From Schmidtea polychroa (Eukaryota), in the NCBI GenBank assembly GCA_044892525.1, contig CM097885.1, positions 310,001-374,000 on the forward strand: DNA of 64,000 nt, written 5' to 3'. This document shows positions 12,100 through 23,900 of the stretch, piece by piece. Position 1 is the stretch's first letter; each line of letters opens with the position of its first letter. The position numbers were made by a program, and so were the translations under genes. The notes beneath the pieces were generated by a model. That model was not told the origin of the DNA and did no database searches. It was given only the letters and a program-made list of their open reading frames with translations.

Positions 12100-15000
12100 G
12101 TTTTTTAATTTTAAATAAGTAAATGTTTATATTTTTAATTTAGTAAATATTTATTTTTTAGTAAATAAAATTTGTAAAATAATAATAATTTGCAAATTTT
12201 TGCGTAAACATTTATTAAAATCTTTCATTTAAATTATATATTTTTATTAAATTTTTATTTTATAGGTATACTTTATCCAAATTATTGTTCATCGAAAGAA
12301 CATGATAATATTTGCCATTCTATAATGGAGAATTATTACCTGAAAAAATATTATAATAAAACTTATTTTATATGTCCCGTATGTAAGACTAGTGACCCTG
12401 TAACATATAGCGTTTTTTATAATAAACATAAAAATCATTTAGATAGGTTTAATTTTAAAAAAGATAGTGTTTTTAAAAGACCCTCAACTATAGAAAAAAA
12501 TAATACAAATAAAAAAATTAAATTAGATACTTCTTCTTTTGAATCCCAGGTCGGATTGTCTTTTGTTGAATCCAATGATGGATTGGTTGTTGAATCCCAG
12601 GACGGATTGTCTTTTGTTGAATCCCAGGTCGGATTGCCTTTTGTTGAATCCAATGATGGATTGGTTGTTGAATCCCAGGTCGGATTGCCTTTTGTTGAAT
12701 CCCAGGTCGGATTGGTTGTTGAATCCAATGATAGATTATTCACTTCCTTTGATTCTTGGGATGGATTAAATATAATACAAATAGGTGGAAATGTACCGAC
12801 AGTACAAAGAGATTTAAGAGGTACCCATCAAATATTAAGCTTAAATACAGCGACTTAAATATAAAAGAAGTAATATTTCCTGAACAACTAATAATAAAAT
12901 AACGAGATATTATTAACGAATAAGGCTCCGTCAAAATTCAATTCGGAATAACAATCGAATTTGAAAAAGACGGGGAAATAAAGGTTAATAATATCTCAAA
13001 TTATGCAAAGCCTTTAACTGCATCATTTTTTGATGAAGGCATTAAAGAATTAAATGAGAAAATTACTAATATTACTGAGTTAGGAAGCAGTTGGAATATA
13101 AAAAATATTACTGAAATACATTTCACCATAACAAAAATAAGTAGGTTAAGTAGATTAAGTGGTAGGAGTTTCATTGAAACACCTACTTATCTAAAAAATA
13201 AATATCGTTTAATTAATATAAAAAACACTGATGATTCATGTTTTTTATATAGCATTTTAGCTATTTTAAAATAGGATGAAGTTGGTAGTTATGCTAGAGA
13301 TAGAACATCGAGTTATAATTTATCTGACTTAGTATACGACCCGTTAGAATTACCTCTGAAATTAAAAGACATTAGGAAATTTGAATCTAAAAATTCGGGT
13401 GTAATAATTAATGTTTTTTCATATGATAATAGCAAACAATTAACTGATAATTATGTATTAAAACATCCACATTTAGATATTATACATCGTTCTAAAGTTT
13501 TAAATGGAACTGTAATTAATTTACTACTTTTAAATAAAGGAAACAATTTCCATTACGTTGCTATAAGTAATTTAAATAGGTTACTGAATTGTGGTATCAA
13601 CACTAGTTGTCCTACACGCATACGTTCATTATGGTGCCATCGGTGTTTGAATGGGTTTAGGTATAAACACGGACTGGAAAAACATGAAATATTATGTAAA
13701 CGTAATCAATTAGGAACAACTCTTTACACTTTCCCTCAAAATAAATTATTGCAGTTTACTGACTGGTCGAAAACAGTAACTCCTCCTTTTATAGTTTATG
13801 TCGATTTTGAGGCTATTTTACCTTCTGATAATGTTCATTTCCAACGACACATGCCAATATCTGCTGGTCTTTTACTTGTAAATAACTTTGATGGATCTAA
13901 ATCTTATCAACAGTTCATAGGTTTAGATTGCGTCGAGAGTTTTTTAAGTGCTATAGAGGATATAGCATTAAATAAGGTTCTTCCTTTTTATTATAAAATG
14001 GGTAGCAAACCTATGATGAAATTAACAAAAATTGAACAACGTCAATTTGTTAGTGCATCTGTTTGTTACCTTTGTTTGAAATGTATCGTCGATCCTGTTA
14101 GAGATCACGATCATTTTACTGGGAAATACTTGGGTGCAGCTTGTAGCACATGTAACATAAATAGGAAAATAAATAAAATTTTGCCTATCGTATTTCACAA
14201 CTTGAAGAGATACGATATGCACCATATTCTTAAATACGGATTAAATAAATTTAAAAATTGGACTTTAGGTTGCATCCCAATAACGACTGAAAAATTTATT
14301 TCTTTGATTGCGCATTTAGGCAAAAGAATTGATTCTTATCAATTCATTGATTCTTATCAATTTGTTAATGATTCTTTAGCTAAAGCAGTCAAAACTTTGA
14401 ATTCTTTGCTTTTTACTAATTCTGTTTTTTCTGGCACTATAGTTTCTGAAAAAGGAATCTTCCCTTATAATTTCGCTACATCTTTAGATATTCTCCAAAC
14501 TACTTATGAATTACCACCAATCTGGGAGGGTGTTACTGAGCTTTAGTATGAAAAAGCTCAGGAGATTTGGGTAGAAACTAATTGCGTAACTTTATTAGAT
14601 TATATGATGATCTACTTAAAACTTGATTGTTTTCTTTTGGCTGATTTCTTTCATCAGTTTCGGTTGAAATCTATTGCTCACAATAGATTAGAACCATTGA
14701 ATTATTTCGGAATTCCAGTATGTCTTGGTCTTCTGCATTAATGTCTTTAAATGAACCATTTGAGCTCATAACTGAAAACGAAATGTTTAGATTTTATGAG
14801 GGTGGAATAAGAGGCGGTATTACTTTTGTGAATTAGCATTACGTAAAAACCGATGAGAACACCGAGTTACTTTATATAGATATTAATAATCTTTATGGTT
14901 GGGCTTTAAGTCAATCATTACCTTGTGGTGAATTTAGTTGGGTTCTTGATGGATTTGATTTAATAATGGATGAAAGTAGGAATTTAAATCTTGATTCGTT

Positions 15001-16245
15001 GTCTTATGGATACACTCTTGAAGTTGATCTTGTAATTTCTTCTGAGCTAAATGAGAAGTTGGATGATTTCCCTGAAGCTGCTGAAAAAATGGGCATGTAA
15101 GATTAAGTGAATTAAATATTGGAGAAAATGTTGGAGAAATTGTTGGAGATGAATTTGATGAAAATGTTGGAGAAGATGAGGAAGAACTTATTGAAGATGT
15201 TGGAGAAGATTTTGGAGAAGATGATATCGATATCGATGACGCTATTTTGTCTGATGAGGACTAATTTTATTAAATAAAAGTTTATATATATACATTTGTT
15301 ATTTGTTTGGTAAATTTTAATGTTTTTTATGTGTCTAGTTAATGTTTATATGTTTTTTTATGTGTTTAGTTAATTTTTTATGTGTTGTATAGTATTTGGT
15401 TGATATATTATTATTATTATTTTTATTATTATTATTATTTTTATTATTATTTCATAAACATTTCCATTAAAAATTACCATTGAAAAATATTTCATTAAAA
15501 TTTCTATTAAAAATTATTCATAAAAAATTATTTCATAAAAACTTTCATTAAAAAATTTCAATTGTTAATAAATTTAAAAATCTTACTTTAATTTACTTAT
15601 TTAACTTTATTTTTTACCATTGATTACTTAATTTTAAAATTTGGACCTTAATTAACTTTAATTTAATTTTTTAGAACCTTAATTTAGTTATTTGTGCCCA
15701 TTCATTACTTTAATTTAAAATTTTGGACCTTGATTTACTTTATTTTAATTTTTTAGAACCAATATTTACATTAATTTAAAAATTTGAACCCTAATTTACT
15801 TAGTTGAGCCCTTAATTAACTTTAATTTTAAATTTTGAACCATTATTTACTTTAATTTAAAAATTTGAACCTCAATTTAGATTTTTGAGCCCATTGATAA
15901 CTTTAATTCAAAAATCTTAGCCCATAATTTACTTTAATTCAAAAAAAATCTGAACCTTGATTTACTTAAATTTAATTTTTTAGACCCATCATTTACTTTA
16001 TTTTTAAATTTTAGACCCATAATTTGCTTTATTTTAAAAATATACTATGCGTTTTTAATGTAAACCACCTTTTCTATTGAAATTCTGAGGACCAAGGAGA
16101 CCCCCTCACTATAGTCTGAAAAATACATTGGAGCGTATGGCAACAATTATGTAATCAAACAAGGTCTACGGAAAAAATTATGCAATCAAAAGTTTGCAAC
16201 ATTTTTACCCCCCCCATTGCTCCCGCGGGCCCCTAACTACCTACT
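12100..16245 (+). mobile_element. Polinton family B arm ending in terminus ...CTAACTACCTACT
   Basis: pPolB pseudogene, subterminal array, then the reverse complement of the family B terminus ending at 16245. Inner boundary approximate. Confidence 0.85.
12266..15264 (+). pseudogene. polB: Family B pPolB pseudogene with large internal deletion
   Basis: Starts at acceptor tttatag|GT ATA CTT TAT; has multiple stops and frameshifts, and the polymerase core is deleted at the junction GAAAAAATG|GGCATGTAAG near 15090. Confidence 0.9.
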
Positions 16246-16568
16246 TGCGCGAACTAAAATTAAGAATGTTGCAATTGCCTTTGTCGATATGAAAAAGGCC
16301 TTCGATTCTGTTAATCATGATAGTATCTTGAGAGCAGCGAAACAAGCGGGTTATCCCGAATTGCTATAAAGGTATGTTAAAGAGAGCTATAGTAATGCTA
16401 CAACAACTGTCGATGGCATTGGGGGAACTTTAAACAAAGGAGTGAAACAGGGTAACCCGCTTTCACCCGCTCTGTTCAACAATATCATTGATCTCGCCAT
16501 CCAGAAAGTATATGAAACTGTTATTGGCTACAAGTTGAGAGGAATAACCTATCCCATTTTGGCGTACG
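16246..16568 (+). pseudogene. R2-like non-LTR reverse transcriptase fragment
   Basis: Translates to AFVDMKKAFDSVNH...GVKQGNPLSPALFN...ILAY; inverted duplicate of 36596-36918. Confidence 0.85.
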
Positions 16569-16928
16569 ACGTAATGGCATCTTCCTTTGCACTTAAATGT
16601 CAAATATTCCACACATTTCCAATAAGTTTTTTCGTTATGTTGCCTATCTTTTTGATAAAGAAAACTATTATATAAAAGTTGATTAACACCTTTTTGACTT
16701 TTAATAAATTTAATCTCCATTTTTATAATTGGAATCAATATTTAGCTAATTTAATAATTTAACTATGAAGAAATGAAAGGAAACGGAAACAATTTAAAGG
16801 GACTTTTTATTAATTTTTCGATATTTTGTTTTCGATATTTTTGTTTTCGAAATTTTGTCTATTCGATATTTTATTTTCGGTGTTTTTGTTTTAGTTTTTT
16901 TAATTTTCGGTATTTTGTCCGGGATTCC
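16569..16928 (-). mobile_element. Mutator-like (MULE) transposon end with N-terminal FLYWCH domain
   Basis: MEIKFIKSQKGVNQLLYNSFLYQKD...TYWKCVEY...CKGRC is a FLYWCH-type zinc finger. Upstream is a repeat-rich end (ttcgatattttg units, 16815-16920) finishing in GGGATTCC, typical of MULE TIRs. Confidence 0.65.
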
Positions 16929-19900
16929 CGTTATATATTTCTATTTCATTTGTAAGTTGCCCTTCACATTCAAAGTATGTTTTGCAATTATGATATAGGT
17001 CCTTAAACATATTAAGTGTATCATTATTAATGCCTAGTTCTGTTAGTGTTTGCCATATACGTTGATGCGGCACACTTCCGAATGCATCAGCGAGGTCTAA
17101 CCAGATTATGTTAATGTCGCCATTATTGCGAATTGCTCTCTCTTTAATAAGTGTAAGTACAGTGTTATGCTCAGCGCAGCCATCAGGTATGCCTATAGCC
17201 TTTTGGTTTATACTAATCAGGCCTTCAGTTCTTATCCATTCAAGTAGTCTTATATTAATTATGGCCGAAAAAATCCTATAAGCTATGTCAAGTATTGCAA
17301 GGGGGCGCCAGGAGGAGACTTCAAAGCTGGAGTTTTCTTTGTGGGGCTAAATGATCAATTTAGTCTTAAAATCTTTCCATCTAGTAGGAGTTTTAATATT
17401 TCTAAGAATGTTATTATAGAGGGAACATAAAAAAGATAGTTCAGGGTCAGATTATTAATATTATCCTTAATCTCACTAATTGTTATTATTTTATTAGTAA
17501 TTTGTTCGGGTTCTTTGGTTGAGTTGTTGTATTGTGGGTTTTCAATATTTATTAAGGGTTTTTTAAAGCTATCTATTATTTTTTCACTCGATGGTGGAAT
17601 AATTTGGACAATGTTATTAAGTATTTTATTCAGAGTTATTTTAGGTTTCTTATTATAATTGTATCTTATTTGGTAGGTCAGTTCATTTTGTTTTGTTTTG
17701 TTGTTGATATTATGTATACTTAAGGGTTTGTCATATTTGTTAGGAAAAATAGAGGCATGTATTTTAGATATCTCATTTAGACCTATTTCAGGGGTTATGT
17801 CATTGTTATTTAATTGTATATTGAGGTTGTTAAAAAATTCTTATATTTATTAATATTGTCGTTGGGTAGTCTTTCAGTTATCGTTTTAATAATAATTTCT
17901 CTTAATTGTGTTCTAATTAGGTTAATGTTAGGTGAAGAGATTATGCTATTGTTCTTATTAAGGCAAAGTGCGAAGTGACAGATATAAAAACCTGAGTCGT
18001 TTATAGAGCACGTGGGGTATTGTTGTTCTGTAGCTGTTATAGTTATAGGTGATATTATATTTTGCATACTAAGTATCGTGTTTAATATATCCTTAACTAT
18101 TGTTTCATGTTTATTAATGCTGTGTCCGCAGGTAGGGTCTATAAGGGTAGCTAGTTTCCTAGATTTATATAAGTAAAATAGTGCCCAAGCATGGCCTGTT
18201 AAGTTAAGTGGGAAGATGATTTCATTCCATTCAGGGTATTTATGAAATGGAAATGATTCAAAAAATGTTTTAAAGTTTTTCTTTATTAAGGATATACCTA
18301 TGAAATTATCGATAATTATAGTGGAGTGGAGTTTGGTAAAGGCGTGTAGGTATAGTTTAAAAGTATGCTGATTTAGTCAATCTAATCCTATGTCGGCATT
18401 AACCAGTGGTATATCATCTGGTCTTGTCTTGTCGTCTTTTTCTATTGGCGTGACACCTTTATGTTTATTAAAATGGTCAAGTTTGGTGTGTGTTTCTATT
18501 GTTGCTCCGCAGTAGCATGTGATTTGGTTAGTATTACATATTTTGTTTTTGTGCTTTGTGCTAATATGTTTATCAATCTCGTCTTGTGTGGATCTTACTG
18601 TAAGTTTATTTATGCATGGTTTCCTAAGTGATTTATTATTGCAGTTTATGGTACCTTCCTCATTTATTGTTAAGGTATGTTCCTTAAGCTTAATGTTAAT
18701 CATTTCTCTAGATAAAGGTACCGCTAAGTCTTTATGAGTTTCATTAATGTGTTCAGTGATAGTGTTCAATAAAAAGTTACATTTAATGTTTGTGTTACGT
18801 TGTGAACATAAAACGCATTGGAAGGTGTCATATTTGTTGATTTCGGTTGTGTGTACTTCTAATCTATTTTGTTAGTTGGTCTTCGAATTTAGTTGCACCT
18901 ATCTTACCTTTACAATTGGGGTAGTAACATATTAGGTAACCATCACCTCTTAGTTTAAAAATTGGTTCCCTTAGTGTGCGTAGAGCAAATTTATTGGGTT
19001 TTAGGACTGGGGTGTTTATTTTTTCAATTTCGTTTGATTCTAGTATTGGTTGGAGATCAGTTTTATTTATAATGGGGCTAGCATTAGTACACGTAGTGTT
19101 GATGTCATCTTTTGGGGTGGGGATTAATATGTTATTATGTGTTATTGTGGTTGTTTTTCCTAGTACATCAAGTTTATTTACGATTTTAAAAGCTTCGAAT
19201 GTTTGGGTATTCATGTATGATGGTTTAGTGTCATGGATATTAGAGTCGTTACTTGAAGTGTTCGATTGTGTGGGTGTGTTTTCAAAAAGATCTATACTCG
19301 AGTCTATTTGTGGGTGAATATTGCTCTTACTGTAGATCATAGGGCTGGGGTTTACAGAGTTCGTAAGCGGGCTATATGATATAGTTTCAGTCGTTGTTTG
19401 TGGTAGCATTTTAGTATTTATATTTCCATCAGAAAGTTCAGAGGATTCAGAGTCAGAGATTTGGATATCGTCAATGTCTGGCACCACAGTATTCGTTGGG
19501 TGTTCAGTTACGTCGTCATTAATTATATCAGATAGTATAGGAGATTCAGAGTCAGAAGTGTTTTGATTAATTATGTTAGTTTTAGAGTTATCATTAAGGT
19601 CGAGTTCATTATTTGCATCAGGAAGTATGTCAGATTCAGAGTCAGAGGGGTTACTGCAGTCAAGGTCTACATTACGGCTATGAAGGATATCTTTGTCAAT
19701 ATCAGGAGTTTCACGAATGTCAAGATTAGTAATATTAATTTCAGGGTCAGATTCATCGTTTTTATCACTGTCAGAGGGTATACCAGGTATTTGGTTGGAA
19801 AACTTATAGCAGGCAGTATCTTTATTCACGTCATCTTGATCATCAATGTCAATTAGGTTTGTAGTTAGGTCATTTGGGGCTGCAATTTTCCCTAACTGGT

Positions 19901-20090
19901 TCAAGGGTATTTTATTAATATGGTCATATGTCCATGGAAGATTCAGAAAAATGTGGCCTTTTGGATGTATTTATGTTGCGTTTTGGTAATATATTTTTTG
20001 AGATAGTGCTTATTTGGGTTGAGATTTGAGAGCTTAGGTTTAGTGGTCACAGTTGTAGTTGATTTATTTTTGTAGATGAGGTGAGTGGGT
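16929..20090 (-). mobile_element. NeSL/R5-like non-LTR retrotransposon, copy 1 (ORF1 zinc fingers, Ulp1-like domain, start of RT), truncated and disrupted
   Basis: ORFs 18864-19904, 18377-18769 and 17810-18067 are collinear with copy 2. RT motifs SSWRPLAILD, QKAIGIPDGCAEH and IWLDLADAFGSVPH lie at 17050-17330. Confidence 0.85.
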
Positions 20091-20094
20091 ATTT

Positions 20095-20913
20095 CTATTT
20101 AGGGGTATTTCTATTTAAATAGTCATATTTAAACAAACTAATTATTTTTAAAAAAATGGAATCGCCATTTTGTTTAATGAAATTTAATAAATCGTTTTTT
20201 AAATTATTTCGAAATATATTTTTTATTTCTGGTTGGTATTTTTCTTGATTAATTTTTATAATTTCATCTATCCTATCTATTAAAAAATAATCATAATTTT
20301 CAATTTGTTTGGGGTCTAGGTCATAGATCTCTTTATTATTCAAAACATTGTTATTGTTATTTTTATTATAATTACTGATAATGATATCTTCACTACACTT
20401 ATTATAATCGCAATTCTGATCATAATTACCGTTATTTATCTTTTTCGAGGAAGGGCATATTGTTGTATATTTTTTTTCATAGTATCGAATCGGGTTAACT
20501 TTGTTTTTAATGGCTTTTTCGTCATTTAATCTTTCATTAATCGGGTTCCGAGAGGGGCATTCCGTCTCATTGTCGGTGTGGTGTTTTGGTTTACCGTAAT
20601 CAGGAGTCGGTTTCTTTTTATCAGTAATATATCTGCAAATACCATTATTTATTTTCTTAAAATCATTAAATAATTGGTTATCGAATGGGGCTCTGATTTT
20701 TTCAAATCTTTCGCAGATAGTCCTGATATTCCGATCTCCATTCGAATTGTTGATCTCATAATTAGATCCAAATAAAAAGCCAGTTTTCTGCCCAGTGCTA
20801 TGAATGTTATCTAGAAGTGATTCTTCTAAGCACTGGGAAACGGCGGGAGCATTAGTACAAAATTCAAGTTTTTTAAATTGCATAAAAACTTTCATTGAAC
20901 TCTGAGGAGGCAT
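20095..20913 (-). CDS. Hypothetical Asn/Lys-rich ORF, probably repeat-derived
   Basis: 272-aa open frame with no recognisable motif; its 5' part (20815-20850) recurs at about 23455-23490 and 23550-23590. Confidence 0.3.
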   Translation of the reverse strand: MPPQSSMKVFMQFKKLEFCTNAPAVSQCLEESLLDNIHSTGQKTGFLFGSNYEINNSNGDRNIRTICERFEKIRAPFDNQLFNDFKKINNGICRYITDKKKPTPDYGKPKHHTDNETECPSRNPINERLNDEKAIKNKVNPIRYYEKKYTTICPSSKKINNGNYDQNCDYNKCSEDIIISNYNKNNNNNVLNNKEIYDLDPKQIENYDYFLIDRIDEIIKINQEKYQPEIKNIFRNNLKNDLLNFIKQNGDSIFLKIISLFKYDYLNRNTPK

Positions 20914-20954
20914 TCCAAACAGATCGGGACAGATTTCGTAGTTATAATAATTGT

Positions 20955-23900
20955 TAGGAGAGGCAGTTAAGGCTTCTGTCTGAATAGTTTATATGCAATT
21001 ATGAGCACTAAAACTTTTCGTTTAAATCTATCCTTAATAGGATAGAGTTTATAATAAATAGGGTTTATGAAAGAATGGTCAACGTCATCGGTTACAGAGT
21101 TTCTTTGTAAAGAAGCCTCTATGATATCATGAGAGTAATTATGGCTTACTGAGTCTAAGGAGATGTGAGAGTTAGTTGTTTCGACGATAGAAGTATCGTT
21201 TAATGGAGAAGGTTTGAAGGATATGGGATTTATCATAGAGTCATTATCCATATTAGAGTGTGAAAGGTGGTTAGAGTATTTTTTTGAGATGTTGGACTCA
21301 TCTTTAATGGGAGTTGAAGTAATATTTGGGAGATAGAGATTATCAAGATAAGTATTTGATGAGGCACTGCTCGATAGTTGGACATCATCGCAGTCTTCAT
21401 CATCAAGATCACAGGTATTAGTTTTATTGGTAGGATGGTTTAAGTAAAAAGGAGTATTATTATCCATAGTGTCCGACGAAGCTTTAAGGACTGGAGTGAT
21501 AGGAGTTGTAGCTGGATTCCTTCTCCTGGTAGTATTCCTCACTATATCTGCGTATGTTTTTGATGTAGCTTCTTTTGCATTCATTCTGTTTATTTCGTCT
21601 AAGTACCTAGGATATAGATAAATATTGGAACTGGGGCATAATTTATTCATAATCCGAAGGCTTCAATGGTTATACGTCAGATGCCTCCTGGCTTCTCTGA
21701 TAAAGTTCTCTTTTTCTCCTTGGAATTGCCACCCATTTATCAAAATTTTATTTAATAAAAGCCTGCTCCTAAGAGACAGGTTAGTCCTTTTAACGGGACG
21801 AGTTTCGGCGCAATGCCAGAAGCTTCCGCATTCATTGTTTTAAATCATCTGTCATCCAAGCCTTGTACTGGTTTAGGGATCAAGGCTGATTTCTTTTCAT
21901 CGTATAGTTCAGCGTCCATTTTATTGATTTTGTTCAGGATCAGTAGTAGGTATCGGCGTTATCATTTTTTTATTGTTGGATTTATGTTATGGGCTCTAAA
22001 AAAGGGTTAAAGATTCGGAGTAAGAAGACTCCATATTTGGTAGCGGTACAATATAATTGTAATAAGGATTGGACGGATTAGGGAAAGGAGGTTTAAAGGA
22101 ATAGGTGGTTATAATAAATATTTTAACAACTAAAAAGATATTTATCAGTTAGGCGGAGCCCTTACAAGGACTCCTACATTGACCCACTGATAATACACTT
22201 ATTTGCGATCACCTTCCTCTTCCTAGCGTCTCTTGGTTTAATTTTGGCTAATATTTCGGAGATGCATTTTTTTTGCATGTTCCACAAAAGCAGGTATGCA
22301 TTCAAGAATAATTTGAGCAGTTAAAGTATTAGGATATTCGCAGTTAAAATTGAGGATTCCATCCGTAAGTGCGTTAATATTGGCCTTAAGTTCAGAGAGA
22401 ATTACGGTTTTAGTCTCTTCAGGTAGATTAAGATCTGGCTTTTTTAATTCAAATAATATCCTGAGGTTGGTATTGACTTCGTCTTTGATATCCAGTGTTA
22501 TAGAAAGGTTTAGGATACTATTGCATATTCTTTCCACGAGTTTATCAGCGTCCAATTCGCAGTGAAAATCGGAATGTGGGACGTTTACAGCTTTCTCACT
22601 AGTCGGGTCTCCATTTTGAGTTTGTTCAGGATCGATTTTATCAGCGTCCATCTCGCAGTGAAGGTCGGAATGTGTGGGGTTTATAGATTCTTCACTAGTC
22701 GGATTTTCATTTTGATTTTCTTCATGATCAGTATTACCTAGAACTGTTATCGGTGGTTGTGCATAATTATAGGCGAAGTTCGGAAGTTTTTTGTAATTAT
22801 TGGCGTGTTTACGAGGAGCAAATGTGGATTTTCTAAGGGATCTTTCTTTAAATTTTAAAATTAGAAAAAAGTCTTTGATGATATATAGGTTAGTAGGAAT
22901 GTTTTTTATAATTTTATGGATATCTATAAAAAAAACTTTTACTTAAGTTGTAGAGTTGACAATGGTTAGTAGGTTTGTAAAGTTTGGTATTATTAGGAAA
23001 AGGAGAAGGTATGGGTTCGCTAGAAGGGTTAGCGCTTTGACATTTTCTGGGAGTCGGCCGAAGGCCGATGAGCTGTGATTGGATATTTCGGTTTCAGGGC
23101 TTAAATTTGCTGTTTAGTGTTGGTTTAAGTAAAAAGGAGTATTATTATCCATAGTGTCCGACGAAGCTTTAAGGACTGGAGTGATAGGAGTTGTAGCTGG
23201 ACTCCTTCTCCTGGTAGTATTCCTCACTATATCTGCGTATGTTTTTGATGTAGCTTCTTTTGCATTCATTCTGTTTATTTCGTCTAAGTACCTAATGATA
23301 TAGATAAATATTGGAACTGGGGCATAATTTATTCATAATCCGAAGGCTTCAATGGTTATACGTCAGCTGCCTCCTGGCTTCTCTGATAAAGTTCTCTTTT
23401 TCGCCTTGGAATTGCCACCCATTTCTGCGCAGTGCTAGGAATCTTATATGGGAGTGATTCTCCTAAGCACTGGTAAACGGCGGGAGTTATATTGTAACGA
23501 TTGTTTTTGGAATCTTGCATGTAATATTTTTATGGAAAAGAGGTGCTAGGAAGTGATTCTCCTAAGCGCTGGGAAACGGCGGGAGTAATCTGGTAATAAA
23601 TTGAGTTTCTGAATAACATTAAAGAAATATTTTCACGGTAAAAAAGGGGACCTCCATCCGGCATTGGATCATCCTCCTGCAGCAGAAATTTCTTTTTCAT
23701 TTTCCTTAACTTTTAATTTTTCTATTTCTTTAACCTTTTTATAGAAAACTTTATTATCCTTTTCTATATTTGAAAGTTTTACATTATTAAAAGCGAAAAT
23801 ATCATTATTACTGCAATTTTGATTATTAATTACCGTTATTTTAGCTTTCGGATAATTTTGAAATAATAAATATGGCATTTTCATGCTTTTCCTTGTCATC

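Noticed and set aside
4592..16245. A single Polinton bounded by the two inverted family B termini
   Set aside because: Flanks do not match (ATTTAC versus TGCGCG), both arms carry pPolB, and the right arm belongs to a duplicated block attached to an R2-like RT. These are two separate arms.
23054..23100. Hairpin TCGGCC-GAA-GGCCGA followed by GATGAG, as a possible hammerhead or HDV ribozyme
   Set aside because: The hairpin is real, but the CUGANGA...GAAA core and the required stems could not be built by eye.
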